From Candidatus Eiseniibacteriota bacterium (GTDB lineage Bacteria; Eisenbacteria; RBG-16-71-46), in contig CAVSAC010000012.1 of NCBI GenBank assembly GCA_963725865.1, positions 928,001-992,000 of the forward strand: a DNA stretch of 64,000 nt. Reading direction: 5' to 3'. Below the pieces are notes generated by a model, which did no database searches, was not told where the DNA came from, and saw only the letters and a program-made list of their open reading frames with translations. The first letter of the stretch is position 1. Each line of letters opens with the position of its first letter. The translations under genes and the position numbers were made by a program. This document shows, piece by piece, positions 48,245 to 58,391 of this stretch.

Positions 48245-50035
48245 ATGTCGATCAAGCCCGATCGGTGGATCCGCAAGATGTGCATCGAGCACCGCATGAT
48301 CGAGCCGTTCGAGGAGAAGCAGGTGCGCGAGGGAGTGATCTCCTACGGCGTCTCCTCGTACGGCTACGACATCCGCGTCGCCGACGAGTTCAAGATCTTC
48401 ACGAACGTCAACTCCACGGTCGTGGATCCCAAGCACGTGGATCCGGCCTCGATGGTGGACGTGCGCGGCGCGGTGTGCATCGTGCCGCCCAACTCGTTCG
48501 CGCTGGCGCGCACCGTGGAGTACTTCCGCATCCCGCGCAACGTGCTCACCATCTGTGTGGGAAAGTGCCTGTCGGGCGACACGCGAGTGGTTGACGCCGA
48601 GACCGGCGAGTACGTCGAGCTGCGCACATTCGTGGCGCGACGTGCGAGTCACGCGGCCGGGCTGAAGGACTGGCGGATGGGTGCTCGCGCCGTCACCGAA
48701 CACCTCACCACGGGCGTGCGGCCCGTGTATCGCGTGCGGACGCGAGCGGGGCTCGAGTTGAAGATGACCGCGGAGCACCCGTTGCGCACGTTTAGCCGCT
48801 GGGCCCGACTCTGCGATCTGGCGATCGGGGATCGGATCGCCGTGGCGCGGAGCATCCCGTGCTTCGGCCGCGAGGTCCTCCCGGAGCACGAGGCGCGGCT
48901 GCTGGGCTTCATGCTCTCCGACGGGCAGTGCGCCACGCCGGGCCACTCGCCCTGCTACTCCACCGGAGATCCGGTGCTGGCCCGGGCCTTCGGTCGGGCC
49001 GCCAGGGCGTTCGGCTGCGCCGTGTCCCGGGCAGGGCGCTACGGATACCGCTTGGTGAATCACCGCGGCCGTGGCGGGCGGCCGGAACGGAATCGAATGA
49101 GCGTCTGGCTCGAACGACATAGCTGCGCGGTGCGCTCCCGCGACAAGCGCGTCCCGACGGTGGTCTTCCGGTCCCCTCGCGACGGCGTTGTCACGTTCCT
49201 GCGGGCGCTGTTCTCGGGCGACGGCAGTATCTGGAGATCGGGAGACGGGGTCCAGCTCGAATACGCGACGATCTCAAGACGGCTGGCCGACGATGTGCGC
49301 CACCTGCTGTTGCGCTTCGGCATCTTCGGCATGATCCGGGAGCGGCGGAGCCCCGACGGATACACGTCCTATCGCGTCCAGGTGACCGATCGCGGAATGA
49401 TCCTGCGCTTCGGGCGCGAGATCGGGTTCGAGCGCGGATCCCGCAAGCAGCGGGCCCTCGAACGTGCGATGGCGGAGTGCATCCGAGTGCCGAAGTCGAA
49501 ATCGAACTTCGACACGCTGCCTCCGGAAGCGTGGGGCGCGATGCGGACGACGGTACGGGCCAGCGGCCGATCGCTGCGTTCGCTGGGCGTGGCGGGCACC
49601 CAGCCCCACCAGTCATTAGGACTCGAGGTCGCCCAGCGTGTCGCCCGGGAACTGCCCGAAACGCGGTGGGCGACGATCTGCGAAGCGGATGTCGTGTGGG
49701 ACACCATCGTTTCGATCGAGCCCGCCGGCGAGGAGGAGGTCTTCGATCTGACCGTTCCGGCGGGGAGCAACTTCGTCGCCAACGATTTCGTGGCCCACAA
49801 TTCGACGTACGCCCGCTGCGGCATCATCACGAACGTGACTCCGTTCGAGCCCGAGTGGGAGGGATTCGTCACGCTGGAGATCAGCAACACCACACCGCTG
49901 CCGGCCAAGATCTACGCCAACGAGGGCATCGCGCAGGTGCTGTTCTTCGAGAGCGACGAGCCCTGCGAGACGTCGTACCGGGACAAGGCCGGCAAGTACC
50001 AGAAGCAGGTCGGTATCACGCTGCCGCGGCTGTGA
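48245..50035 (+). CDS. dcd: dCTP deaminase interrupted by an intein
   Basis: [30 protein letters not shown] | [29 protein letters not shown]; exteins 107+77=184 aa. Confidence 0.95.
   Translation: MSIKPDRWIRKMCIEHRMIEPFEEKQVREGVISYGVSSYGYDIRVADEFKIFTNVNSTVVDPKHVDPASMVDVRGAVCIVPPNSFALARTVEYFRIPRNVLTICVGKCLSGDTRVVDAETGEYVELRTFVARRASHAAGLKDWRMGARAVTEHLTTGVRPVYRVRTRAGLELKMTAEHPLRTFSRWARLCDLAIGDRIAVARSIPCFGREVLPEHEARLLGFMLSDGQCATPGHSPCYSTGDPVLARAFGRAARAFGCAVSRAGRYGYRLVNHRGRGGRPERNRMSVWLERHSCAVRSRDKRVPTVVFRSPRDGVVTFLRALFSGDGSIWRSGDGVQLEYATISRRLADDVRHLLLRFGIFGMIRERRSPDGYTSYRVQVTDRGMILRFGREIGFERGSRKQRALERAMAECIRVPKSKSNFDTLPPEAWGAMRTTVRASGRSLRSLGVAGTQPHQSLGLEVAQRVARELPETRWATICEADVVWDTIVSIEPAGEEEVFDLTVPAGSNFVANDFVAHNSTYARCGIITNVTPFEPEWEGFVTLEISNTTPLPAKIYANEGIAQVLFFESDEPCETSYRDKAGKYQKQVGITLPRL
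48566..49801 (+). mobile_element. Intein with LAGLIDADG homing endonuclease (412 aa)
   Basis: Block A CLSGDTRV, block [16 protein letters not shown] and [10 protein letters not shown], block F VFDLTV, terminal AHN followed by Ser. Confidence 0.95.
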
Positions 50036-50081
50036 ACGGTCCAGTCGGATTCACCGCGGTCACATGGAGCAGGGGGCGGGA

Positions 50082-50816
50082 ATGAGGAGCGTGCTGCGGG
50101 CAGCCGTCACGGCACTCGCGCTGGCGTCGTCGATGATGCTCCTGACGGTCGGGAGCGCGGCTGCGCGGCCGCGGCTCGGCGTGCAGGGCAGCCTGCGCTG
50201 GACCGAGCTCACCTACCACTGGAGCGGGGGGGACCTGGGAGCGGCCGCGGACCTGGTGCCGCATCCGGCGTTCCACGCCGCGTGGTCGGCCGGCCTCGTG
50301 GCGGACTGGCCTCTGACGCGGAGAGTGGGGATCGTGACGGGGCTGCGCTACGCCGAGGCGGGCGAGGTGCAGGAGCACTCGGCCGACTTCACGGGAGTCA
50401 CCGCCCGCAGCCGCGATCAACTGGTGCTGCGCAGCGTCTCCGCGCCGGTGCAGGTGCGCTGGCGGCCGGGGGCCGCGCCGGTGCATGTCGCTGCCGGCGT
50501 CGATGTATCGTGGCTCGCGCAGGCGCTCAACCGCCCGAGCCTGGATCTGGTGAACACCGCGCCGGCAGCGGCGGTGCGCGGACCGCGCCCGGCCGCCGCC
50601 ATCTTCGAGGACGTTTCCCACGGGATCGACCTCACCGATGCCTTTCGGCGCTGGCGCGCAGGCGCCAGCGTGGGCGTGGGAGTCGACCGATCGCTCGGCT
50701 CGCTCACCGCGAGGCTCGAGGCGCGCTGGACCGAGGGGCTCACGGACGTGGTGAAGTCGTCGGACGTGCAGCGCCGCGTGCGCGCGATCGACCTGATGCT
50801 CACGCTGCTTCGATGA
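50082..50816 (+). CDS. Small outer membrane beta-barrel protein (PorT/OmpA-like)
   Basis: Signal peptide; LGVQGSL, GIVTGLRY, SVSAPVQVRW, LEARWTEGLTDV. Confidence 0.55.
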   Translation: MRSVLRAAVTALALASSMMLLTVGSAAARPRLGVQGSLRWTELTYHWSGGDLGAAADLVPHPAFHAAWSAGLVADWPLTRRVGIVTGLRYAEAGEVQEHSADFTGVTARSRDQLVLRSVSAPVQVRWRPGAAPVHVAAGVDVSWLAQALNRPSLDLVNTAPAAAVRGPRPAAAIFEDVSHGIDLTDAFRRWRAGASVGVGVDRSLGSLTARLEARWTEGLTDVVKSSDVQRRVRAIDLMLTLLR

Positions 50817-50850
50817 TCCCGTCCCCCGCGGCCCGACGGCGGACGTGACG

Positions 50851-52191
50851 ATGCGCGCGATCCACATCCGGGGCTCGGTGCTGGTCGTCCTCGCCTCGCT
50901 GCTGGCGGGGTCGCCGCCCGCGCGCGCGGCCGACTCGACCTGGGTCGACCACGCGCGCGCCGCGCAGGCCGCGCACGCCGCGGGAGACGTGGCGGGCTAC
51001 CGCGGTGAGCTGCTGCGCGTGCGTGCGGCGATCGGCGAGACCCCGGGAGTGACGTACGGTCTCGCCCGCGCGGCCGCGCGGCTCGGAGGACGCGCCGAGG
51101 CGCTCGCCGGGCTCGAGACCTACGCGCGTGCCGGGCTGGTACGCGATCTCGCCGCGGACTCCGATCTGGTCTCGCTGCGCGGTGACCCGCGCTACCAGCG
51201 CGTGGCGGAGCGGCTGGCCGCGAACGGCCGGCCGCTCGGTCAGGCGGTGACCGCGCACGCGTTCGAGGATGCCGCGCTGTTGCCCGAGGACCTGGCCTTC
51301 GACGCCGACGCGCGGTGCACGTTCGTGAGCAGCATCCATCGCGCGCTCGTCCTGCGGGTGGACGGCCGCGGCGTGGAGCGGGAGTTCGCGCAGGCGCCCG
51401 CCGGGCGCCGCTGGGGCCTGTTCGCGCTCGGCATCGACGGCCCGCGGCGGTGGCTGTGGGCGAGCGCGGCCGCGACCGCCACTTGTGCCGAATGGGATAC
51501 CGCCGACGCCGGGCGCAGCGGGCTGTTCGCGTGGGACCTGCGGACCGGGGTACTCGTCCGCACCCTCGAGGTCGCGCGGGACGGGCGCCCGCACGTCCTC
51601 GGAGACCTGTGCGTGGCGCCGGACGGCGCGGTCGTGGTCTCGGACTCGCGCTCCGGTGAGATATTGCGGCTGGCCGTGGGAGCGGATTCGCTCGCCACGC
51701 TGGTGCCGAGGGGCACGTTCGGCTCGCCGCAGGGAGTGACGATGGCGGCCGACAGGCGCAGCGTCTTCGTGGCGGACTACCCGCGCGGCATCGCGCGCGT
51801 GGAACTGGCCACCGGACGGGTGCGGTGGCTCGGCTTCCCGCCGGGCGTGGCGCTGCAGGGGATCGATGGCCTCTACCGCGTCGGTCACGATCTCGTCGCG
51901 ATCCAGAACGGCGTGCAGCCGCATCGCGTCATGCGCTTCCACCTGGATGGCAGCGGCACCCGGGTGACCGGCGGGGAGCCGCTGCTGAGCGCACTTCCGG
52001 AGCTGGGCGAGCCCAGCCATGCCGCGATCGTGGGCGACGCGCTGGTGGTGCTCGCTCGCACCGGATGGGATCGCGTCGGCGCGGACGAGCTCCTGCCCGA
52101 GCGCGCGGACGATCCGCCGCCGCTGCTGCTGCGAGTGCCGCTGCGGGCGGGCGCCAAGAACGCGGTGAGCACCCGAAGCTCGGCGCACTGA
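50851..52191 (+). CDS. Secreted protein: helical (TPR-like) N-terminus plus SMP-30/gluconolactonase-like beta-propeller
   Basis: DSDLVSLRGDPRY, LPEDLAFD, LGDLCVAPDG, FGSPQGV, GIDGLY, AIQNGVQPHRV. Confidence 0.6.
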   Translation: MRAIHIRGSVLVVLASLLAGSPPARAADSTWVDHARAAQAAHAAGDVAGYRGELLRVRAAIGETPGVTYGLARAAARLGGRAEALAGLETYARAGLVRDLAADSDLVSLRGDPRYQRVAERLAANGRPLGQAVTAHAFEDAALLPEDLAFDADARCTFVSSIHRALVLRVDGRGVEREFAQAPAGRRWGLFALGIDGPRRWLWASAAATATCAEWDTADAGRSGLFAWDLRTGVLVRTLEVARDGRPHVLGDLCVAPDGAVVVSDSRSGEILRLAVGADSLATLVPRGTFGSPQGVTMAADRRSVFVADYPRGIARVELATGRVRWLGFPPGVALQGIDGLYRVGHDLVAIQNGVQPHRVMRFHLDGSGTRVTGGEPLLSALPELGEPSHAAIVGDALVVLARTGWDRVGADELLPERADDPPPLLLRVPLRAGAKNAVSTRSSAH

Positions 52192-52383
52192 AGGCGCGGC
52201 GTTCACGCGCGCGCCGCGGGTCGACGTGCCGCGCGCGTCGCCGTGCCGGGCGTGGTAGTTTCCTGCGCGGGATCGCCGGACCCGCATCGTATCGATCGGG
52301 CCCGGCCTCCACCGCAATCGGATGCGCCGCCCGCTCGGCCCCCGAGGCCGTCGGCGGCGCATGACGCGACCAGGGAGGACGCC

Positions 52384-54843
52384 ATGCTACCGATCGAGTC
52401 GGAGCCCCGCGCGCGGATCGAGGGGCATCGCTGGACCGCGCGAATCCGTCGAATGGGCCACGCCCGTCACCGCCTGTGCGTGTCGCTGGGAGTGCTCGCG
52501 TGCATGCTGCTCGTCTCTCGCACGGCGTCCGCCCAGGGAGTCCGTGAGGACATCTGGGTCACCGACGGATCGGTGAACACCGTCGCGCTCTCCGGCAACA
52601 CGCTCTACCTGGCCGGTGCGTTCTCGCGGGTCGGCCCGCCGACCGGCGGCGGCGTGCCGCTCGGCACCCCGTTCGCGCTGCCGGTGGTCGGATTCCCGAA
52701 GGTCACCGGCTCGGTGCTCGTCGCGGTGCCCGACGGCTCGGGCGGCTGGTACATCGGCGGACGCTTCTCCAGCGTGGGTGGGGTGCCGCGGGCGAACGTC
52801 GCGCGGATCCTCTCGAACATGACGGTGTCGTCGTGGAATCCGGGCGCCAATGGCCAGGTCATCGCCATCGCGCTGAGCGGCGGCACGGTATTCCTGGGAG
52901 GGACGTTCACGAGCGTCGGTGGACAGCTGCGCGACTACATCGCCGCCATCGAGGCCGCCACGGGCCTCGCCACCGTCTGGAATGCCGGCTCCGACGGCAT
53001 CGTCGAAGCGCTGACGGTGACGGGGTCGACGTTGTACGCGGGCGGACTGTTCTCGACCATCGGCGGGCAATCGCGCACGGGGATCGCCGCGCTCGAGATC
53101 GCCTCGGCGAATGCGACCGCCTGGAATCCGGGCGTCGACGGACCGGTGATCGCCATGGCGGTGAGCGGGACGAACGTCTACGTGGGCGGCGTGTTCGCGA
53201 ACGCGGGCGGCCAGCCGCGTTCGAACATCGCGGCGCTCAACACCGTGAGCGGACTCGCCAGCGCGTGGAATCCCGACGCCAATGGCGCGGTCTACGCGAT
53301 CGCGGTGAGCGGGACGAAGGTCTACGCGGGCGGCGACTTCTCGGTGATCGGCGGGCAGCCGCGTCCGTTCCTCGCGGCGCTCGACAACACCGCGGGCACG
53401 GCGACGAGTTGGGCGCCGGCCGCGAACGGAAGCGTGTTCGGCATCGCCGCGGGCAGCACGATCTTCGTGGGCGGACTCTTCACGTCGGTCGGCGGTCAGC
53501 CGCGGTCGAACCTCGCCGGCCTCGATGCCAACAGCGGGCTGGCCACCAGCTGGAACCCGAGCGCGAACCTGCAGGTGTTCACCGTGACGCTCAGCTCCAG
53601 CATCGTGTACGCGGGCGGTGACTTCACGAGCCTGGGCGGCATCGCACGCAACAACGTCGCGGCCCTGGACGTCCGTACCGGCCAGCCCCTGGCGTGGAAC
53701 CCCAACGCCGACGGCCCGGTGAACTCGCTGCTGGTGAGCGGGAGCACCGTGTACCTGGGCGGCGGGTTCACGCAGGTCGGCGCGCAGTCGCGGCCCTTCC
53801 TCGCCTCCGTCAACGCCACGACCGGCGCGGTGAGCGCGTGGAATCCGGCTGCCAATGGGGCGGTGCTCGCGCTCGCTCCGGGCGCGACCGTGGTCTACGC
53901 CGGCGGTGACTTCACCGACATTGGCGGACAGTCGCGCAGCTTCGTCGCCGCGATCGACGCCACGAGCGGCGTGCCGACGAGCTGGAATCCTTCCGCGAAT
54001 GGCAGCGTGTACGCGCTCTCGCTCGCCGGCGGCACCCTGTACGCCGGGGGCGGATTCACCAACATCGGTGGGCAGGACCGTTCGCGAATCGCCGCACTCT
54101 CGACGTCCACGGGGCTCGCGAGCGCGTGGAATCCCGCCGCGGACGGCGTGGTCAACGCGCTGACCCTGAACGGGACGACGATGTACGTGGGCGGCGACTT
54201 CCTCAGCATCGGGGGGCAATCGCGCTCGCGGATCGCCGCACTGTCGACCACCACCGGGCTCGCGAGCGGGTGGAACCCCGGGGCGGACGGCGTGGTGTAC
54301 GCGCTGCTCGTGGCTCCCACCACCGTGTACGTGGGCGGCGGATTCGCTTCCGTCGGGGGCCAGACGCGCAACTACATGGCGGCGATCGATCCCGTCAGCG
54401 GACTCGCGAGCACGTGGAACCCGATCATGGGCGGCGGCGTCTCGGGGATCGCGGCCGATGCGACGAACGTGTACCTCGTGGGCTCGTTCATGAGCGTGAG
54501 CGGCCTCCCCTCGAGCGGGGTGGCCGGCATCACCGTCACCACCGCCGACGTGGATCCGGCGCCGGCATCGGCGCCGCTGGCGCTGGGTCCGATCGCGCCG
54601 AATCCCGCCCGCGGAGCGGTGGGCCTGGAGTTCTCGCTCGCCGCGGCCGGCCGGGTGCGACTCTCGGTGTTCGACGTGGCCGGACGCGAGGTCGCGCGGT
54701 TGGCGGACGGGGACTTCGCTCCAGGGCGGCACCGCGTCGAGTGGGACGGCGCGGAGAGTGGGAGAGCGCCCGCGGGGCTCTACTTCGTACGGCTCGAGGC
54801 GGAGGGCCGACAGCGGATGCAGCGGCTGGTGCTGCTGCGCTGA
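52384..54843 (+). CDS. Secreted repeat beta-propeller protein with FlgD/T9SS-like C-terminal domain
   Basis: Signal region ending ASA; 12 clear and 2 degenerate ~48-aa repeats WNP.A.G.V.AL...G.T.Y.GG.F..IGGQ.R..IAALD..TG; tail APNPARG...VFDVAGREV..L..G....GRHRVEWDG...PAGLYFVRL; alternative start 52453. Confidence 0.82.
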   Translation: MLPIESEPRARIEGHRWTARIRRMGHARHRLCVSLGVLACMLLVSRTASAQGVREDIWVTDGSVNTVALSGNTLYLAGAFSRVGPPTGGGVPLGTPFALPVVGFPKVTGSVLVAVPDGSGGWYIGGRFSSVGGVPRANVARILSNMTVSSWNPGANGQVIAIALSGGTVFLGGTFTSVGGQLRDYIAAIEAATGLATVWNAGSDGIVEALTVTGSTLYAGGLFSTIGGQSRTGIAALEIASANATAWNPGVDGPVIAMAVSGTNVYVGGVFANAGGQPRSNIAALNTVSGLASAWNPDANGAVYAIAVSGTKVYAGGDFSVIGGQPRPFLAALDNTAGTATSWAPAANGSVFGIAAGSTIFVGGLFTSVGGQPRSNLAGLDANSGLATSWNPSANLQVFTVTLSSSIVYAGGDFTSLGGIARNNVAALDVRTGQPLAWNPNADGPVNSLLVSGSTVYLGGGFTQVGAQSRPFLASVNATTGAVSAWNPAANGAVLALAPGATVVYAGGDFTDIGGQSRSFVAAIDATSGVPTSWNPSANGSVYALSLAGGTLYAGGGFTNIGGQDRSRIAALSTSTGLASAWNPAADGVVNALTLNGTTMYVGGDFLSIGGQSRSRIAALSTTTGLASGWNPGADGVVYALLVAPTTVYVGGGFASVGGQTRNYMAAIDPVSGLASTWNPIMGGGVSGIAADATNVYLVGSFMSVSGLPSSGVAGITVTTADVDPAPASAPLALGPIAPNPARGAVGLEFSLAAAGRVRLSVFDVAGREVARLADGDFAPGRHRVEWDGAESGRAPAGLYFVRLEAEGRQRMQRLVLLR
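52834..54533 (+). repeat. ~144-bp degenerate tandem coding repeats
   Basis: Recurring tggaa(t/c)cc at about 144-bp spacing. Confidence 0.8.
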
Positions 54844-55016
54844 ACACGCGACGACGGGCGGGTTCGCCGACGGCTCGCTCCGTGGGGCCGCGGTCGGTGA
54901 TGCTTCGATTCCGGCCGCCGTCGCAGGCTGTCGTCGCAGGTTTGCGCGCGAGGCCGCGGCGCCGCTATCCTCCCACCGCGAATGCCGCATCGATCGGGGT
55001 CCGAAGGAGCCAACGC

Positions 55017-55463
55017 ATGATCAAGGAACTCGGACAGGGGCTCGGCGTCACGTTCGAAAACCTGTTCAAGAAGCCATTCACCGTCCAGTACCCGGACGAG
55101 AAGCTCACGATGTTCCCGAGGTTCCGCGGACGCCACATCCTCGCGCGTCACGCGGACGGCCTCGAGCGCTGCGTCGGATGCGAACTGTGCGCGGTGGCCT
55201 GCCCCGCGGACGCGATCTTCGTCAAGGCGGCCGAGAACGATCCGCAGGCGCCCAAGTCCCACGGCGAGCGCTACGCCGAGCGGTACGAGATCAACATGAT
55301 CCGGTGCATCTTCTGCGGCATGTGTGAAGAGGCGTGCCCGGAGGACGCGATCTGGCTCGAGAAGGACTACGAGCTCTCGGACTACAGCCGCGACAGCTTC
55401 ATCTACACCAAGGACGAGCTGGTCGTCCCGATGGAGCAGTCGGGCTATCTCCCAGCGCGCTGA
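55017..55463 (+). CDS. nuoI: NADH-quinone oxidoreductase subunit I (stand-alone)
   Basis: TVQYPDEK...RFRGRH, ERCVGCELCAVACP, INMIRCIFCGMCEEACP. Confidence 0.9.
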   Translation: MIKELGQGLGVTFENLFKKPFTVQYPDEKLTMFPRFRGRHILARHADGLERCVGCELCAVACPADAIFVKAAENDPQAPKSHGERYAERYEINMIRCIFCGMCEEACPEDAIWLEKDYELSDYSRDSFIYTKDELVVPMEQSGYLPAR

Positions 55464-55711
55464 GCGCGCTCGAGCGGATGTGGACGGCGGCGGGCCGGCG
55501 GGCCCGCCGTTCGCCGTTCGGGGCGACCCTCCGATCGTCGGCCCCGGGTCCGGCGCGGATCCGCGTCGCGCGGTGGAAGGATGGCGTCGCGGGCACGAAC
55601 ACCCGGCGTTCCACATGCGCACGCGGCGGCATCACGGGCACTTCGAGAAGTGTTCGAGCTGCCGGCGGGATAGGCCTGTGGGAGAAGCGCTTGGGGCGCC
55701 GGGTTCGCGCA

Positions 55712-55727
55712 TGGCACGACGCCTGCG
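55712..55727 (+). promoter_or_regulatory. Candidate sigma-54 (-24/-12) promoter of hsp20-dnaK
   Basis: TGGCAC-GACGC-CTGC with correct GG-N10-GC spacing, about 100 bp upstream of the hsp20 ATG. Confidence 0.5.
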
Positions 55728-55828
55728 GTAGCCAGGTCGAGAACGACCGAGGACACCGGAGGCCGTCCGGGAGCAGGTCCCGTCGTCAGGGACACCTCGC
55801 GGGAGCGAGGCATCAGGAGGAATCGATC

Positions 55829-56287
55829 ATGGCACTCATCCGCTGGCAACCCATCCACCCGGCCCGCGACTTCGTGCGCATGCAGAGCGACCTCGACCGC
55901 CTGTTCGACGGCGTCTTCCAGCCGAGCGCGCTGCGGCCACGATTCGAGCTCGAGACTGCCCCGGCCGTCGACATCGAGGAGGACACCGAGGGGTTCGTGC
56001 TCCGTGCGGATCTGCCGGGAGTGCAGCAGAAGGACGTCAAAGTGCACCTGTACGGGGACACGCTGACCATCCGCGGTGAGCGCGATCTGGCGAGCGAGCG
56101 CAACGAGAAGGGCGCGCATCGCGTGGAGCGCTACTCCGGCGTGTTCGAGCGCACGTTCACGCTCGGCGTGCCGGTGCGAGCCGATCAGGTGAAGGCCGTG
56201 TTCCACGACGGCGTGCTCGAGATCCGCGTGCCGAAGGCCGACGAGGCGCGGACCCGCGAGATCGAGATCCAGGTCGCGAAGTCGTAG
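55829..56287 (+). CDS. Small heat shock protein Hsp20
   Basis: PAVDIEE...ADLPGV...LTIRGER...RVERYSGVFERTF...DGVLEIRVPK; RBS AGGAGG. Confidence 0.92.
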   Translation: MALIRWQPIHPARDFVRMQSDLDRLFDGVFQPSALRPRFELETAPAVDIEEDTEGFVLRADLPGVQQKDVKVHLYGDTLTIRGERDLASERNEKGAHRVERYSGVFERTFTLGVPVRADQVKAVFHDGVLEIRVPKADEARTREIEIQVAKS

Positions 56288-56374
56288 GCCACATCCCCGA
56301 CGCGGACCGAGCCGCCCGGATGGACCGGCCGGCCTCGATCCGCAGGTCCCGAGACACAGAAGGATGGGTTCGCG

Positions 56375-58282
56375 ATGGGCAAGGTCATCGGTATCGATCT
56401 GGGCACCACCAACTCGTGCGTCGCGGTCATGGAGGGTGGCGAGCCCAAGGTGATCCCGAACGCCGAGGGCTTCCGGACCACGCCGTCGGTGGTGGCGTTC
56501 GCCAAGAGCGGGGAGCGTTTGGTGGGGCTCGTCGCCCGTCGCCAGTCGGTCACCAACCCCCGCAACACCATCTACTCGATCAAGCGCTTCATGGGCCGCA
56601 AGCACGACGAGGTCTCGAGCGAGATGAAGCTCGTGCCCTACGAGGTCGTGCGCGGCGCGAACGGAGATGCCCGCGTGAAGGGCGGAGACGGCGAGTTCTC
56701 CCCGCCCGAGATCTCCGCGATGATCCTGCAGAAGATGCGGCAGACCGCGGAGGACTACCTCGGCGAGAAGGTGACGGAGGCGGTCGTCACCGTGCCGGCC
56801 TACTTCAACGACAGCCAGCGCCAGGCGACGAAGGACGCCTGTCGCATCGCCGGGCTCGACGTCAAGCGGATCATCAACGAGCCCACTGCGGCCGCGCTCG
56901 CGTATGGACTCGACAAGAAGAAGGACGAAAAGGTCGCGGTGTTCGACCTGGGCGGCGGCACCTTCGACATCTCGATCCTCGAGATCGGTGACGGCGTGTT
57001 CGAGGTGCGCTCGACCAACGGCGACACCCACCTGGGCGGCGATGACTTCGACCAGATGGTGATCGACTGGCTCGCGGAGGAGTTCCGGAAGCAGGAGGGA
57101 ATCGACCTGCGCAAGGACCCGATGGCGCTCCAGCGGCTCAAGGAAGCCGCGGAGAAGGCCAAGTGCGAGCTGTCGGGCACGCTGCAGACCGACGTCAACC
57201 TCCCGTTCATCACCGCCGACGCGAACGGGCCGAAGCACCTCAACATCACCCTCACCCGCGCGCGGCTCGAGCAGATCGTGGCGCCGCTGGTCGAGCGCTG
57301 CCGCGGGCCGGTGCTGCAGGCGCTCAAGGACGCCGGACTGGCGGCCCCGCAGGTCGACGAGGTCGTGCTGGTGGGCGGCTCCACCCGCATGCCCCGCGTC
57401 CAGGAGCTCGTCAAGGAGATCTTCGGCAAGGAGCCGCACAAGGGCGTCAATCCCGACGAGGTGGTCGCCATCGGGGCCGCGATCCAGGGTGCGGTGCTCG
57501 CCGGCGAGGTCCGCGACGTGGTGCTGCTCGACGTGACTCCGCTGTCGCTCGGCATCGAGACGCTCGGCGGCGTGATGACCACGCTGATCCAGCGCAACAC
57601 CACCATCCCGACCAAGAAGAGCGAGGTCTTCTCGACCGCCTCCGACAGCCAGCCGTCGGTGGAGATCCTCGTGCTGCAGGGCGAGCGCAAGATGTCGGCG
57701 GACAACAAGAGCCTCGGGCGCTTCCACCTGGACGGCCTCCCGCCGGCTCCGCGCGGCGTGCCGCAGATCGAAGTCACGTTCGACATCGACGCGAACGGCA
57801 TCCTGCACGTCTCGGCCAAGGACCGCGCGACGGGCAAGGAGCAGAGCATCCGGATCGAGGCGTCGAGCGGTCTCCAGGAGACCGAGATCAAGCGCATGGT
57901 CCAGGACGCCGAGGAGCACGCCGAGGAGGATCGGACTCGTCGCGAGGCGGCCGATACGCGCAACCGCGGCGAAGCGCTGGCCTACGACGTGGAGAAGAAC
58001 CTCAAGGAGCATGGGGACAAGATCGACGGCGCGCTCAAGAGCCGCATCGAGGACGCGCTGACGAGGCAGAAGGACGCCCTGAAGTCGGGCGTGACCGAGG
58101 CCATCAAGTCCGCCAGCGACGTGCTGCAGCAGGCTTGGCACGAGGCGGCGGCGGCGCTCTATCAGAAGAGCGCCCCGGGCGCGGACACGCCGCCTCCCCC
58201 GGGCGGGCCGTCCGAAGGTGGTCCGAAGCGCAAGGACGGCGGGGACGGGGCGGTGGACGCCGACTACGAAGTCGTGAACTGA
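56375..58282 (+). CDS. dnaK: Chaperone DnaK
   Basis: [45 protein letters not shown], terminal DADYEVV. Confidence 0.97.
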   Translation: MGKVIGIDLGTTNSCVAVMEGGEPKVIPNAEGFRTTPSVVAFAKSGERLVGLVARRQSVTNPRNTIYSIKRFMGRKHDEVSSEMKLVPYEVVRGANGDARVKGGDGEFSPPEISAMILQKMRQTAEDYLGEKVTEAVVTVPAYFNDSQRQATKDACRIAGLDVKRIINEPTAAALAYGLDKKKDEKVAVFDLGGGTFDISILEIGDGVFEVRSTNGDTHLGGDDFDQMVIDWLAEEFRKQEGIDLRKDPMALQRLKEAAEKAKCELSGTLQTDVNLPFITADANGPKHLNITLTRARLEQIVAPLVERCRGPVLQALKDAGLAAPQVDEVVLVGGSTRMPRVQELVKEIFGKEPHKGVNPDEVVAIGAAIQGAVLAGEVRDVVLLDVTPLSLGIETLGGVMTTLIQRNTTIPTKKSEVFSTASDSQPSVEILVLQGERKMSADNKSLGRFHLDGLPPAPRGVPQIEVTFDIDANGILHVSAKDRATGKEQSIRIEASSGLQETEIKRMVQDAEEHAEEDRTRREAADTRNRGEALAYDVEKNLKEHGDKIDGALKSRIEDALTRQKDALKSGVTEAIKSASDVLQQAWHEAAAALYQKSAPGADTPPPPGGPSEGGPKRKDGGDGAVDADYEVVN

Positions 58283-58391
58283 CCTCGGTTTGACCTCACG
58301 GCGGCGGGAGCGGGTATGCTCCCGTCGCCGTTCGTGCGTTGGTCACGGCGACCGACGTGCGGCGCGTCGACCCTTCACCCAGGATCTCGCG

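Noticed and set aside
52834..54533. Regularly spaced repeats resembling a CRISPR array or DGR
   Set aside because: Degenerate in-frame protein repeats; no identical repeats, cas genes or reverse transcriptase
55640..55657. Eukaryote-like heat shock element (TTCnnGAAnnTTC) upstream of hsp20
   Set aside because: The third unit is out of register and no HSF is expected in bacteria; kept only as a palindrome
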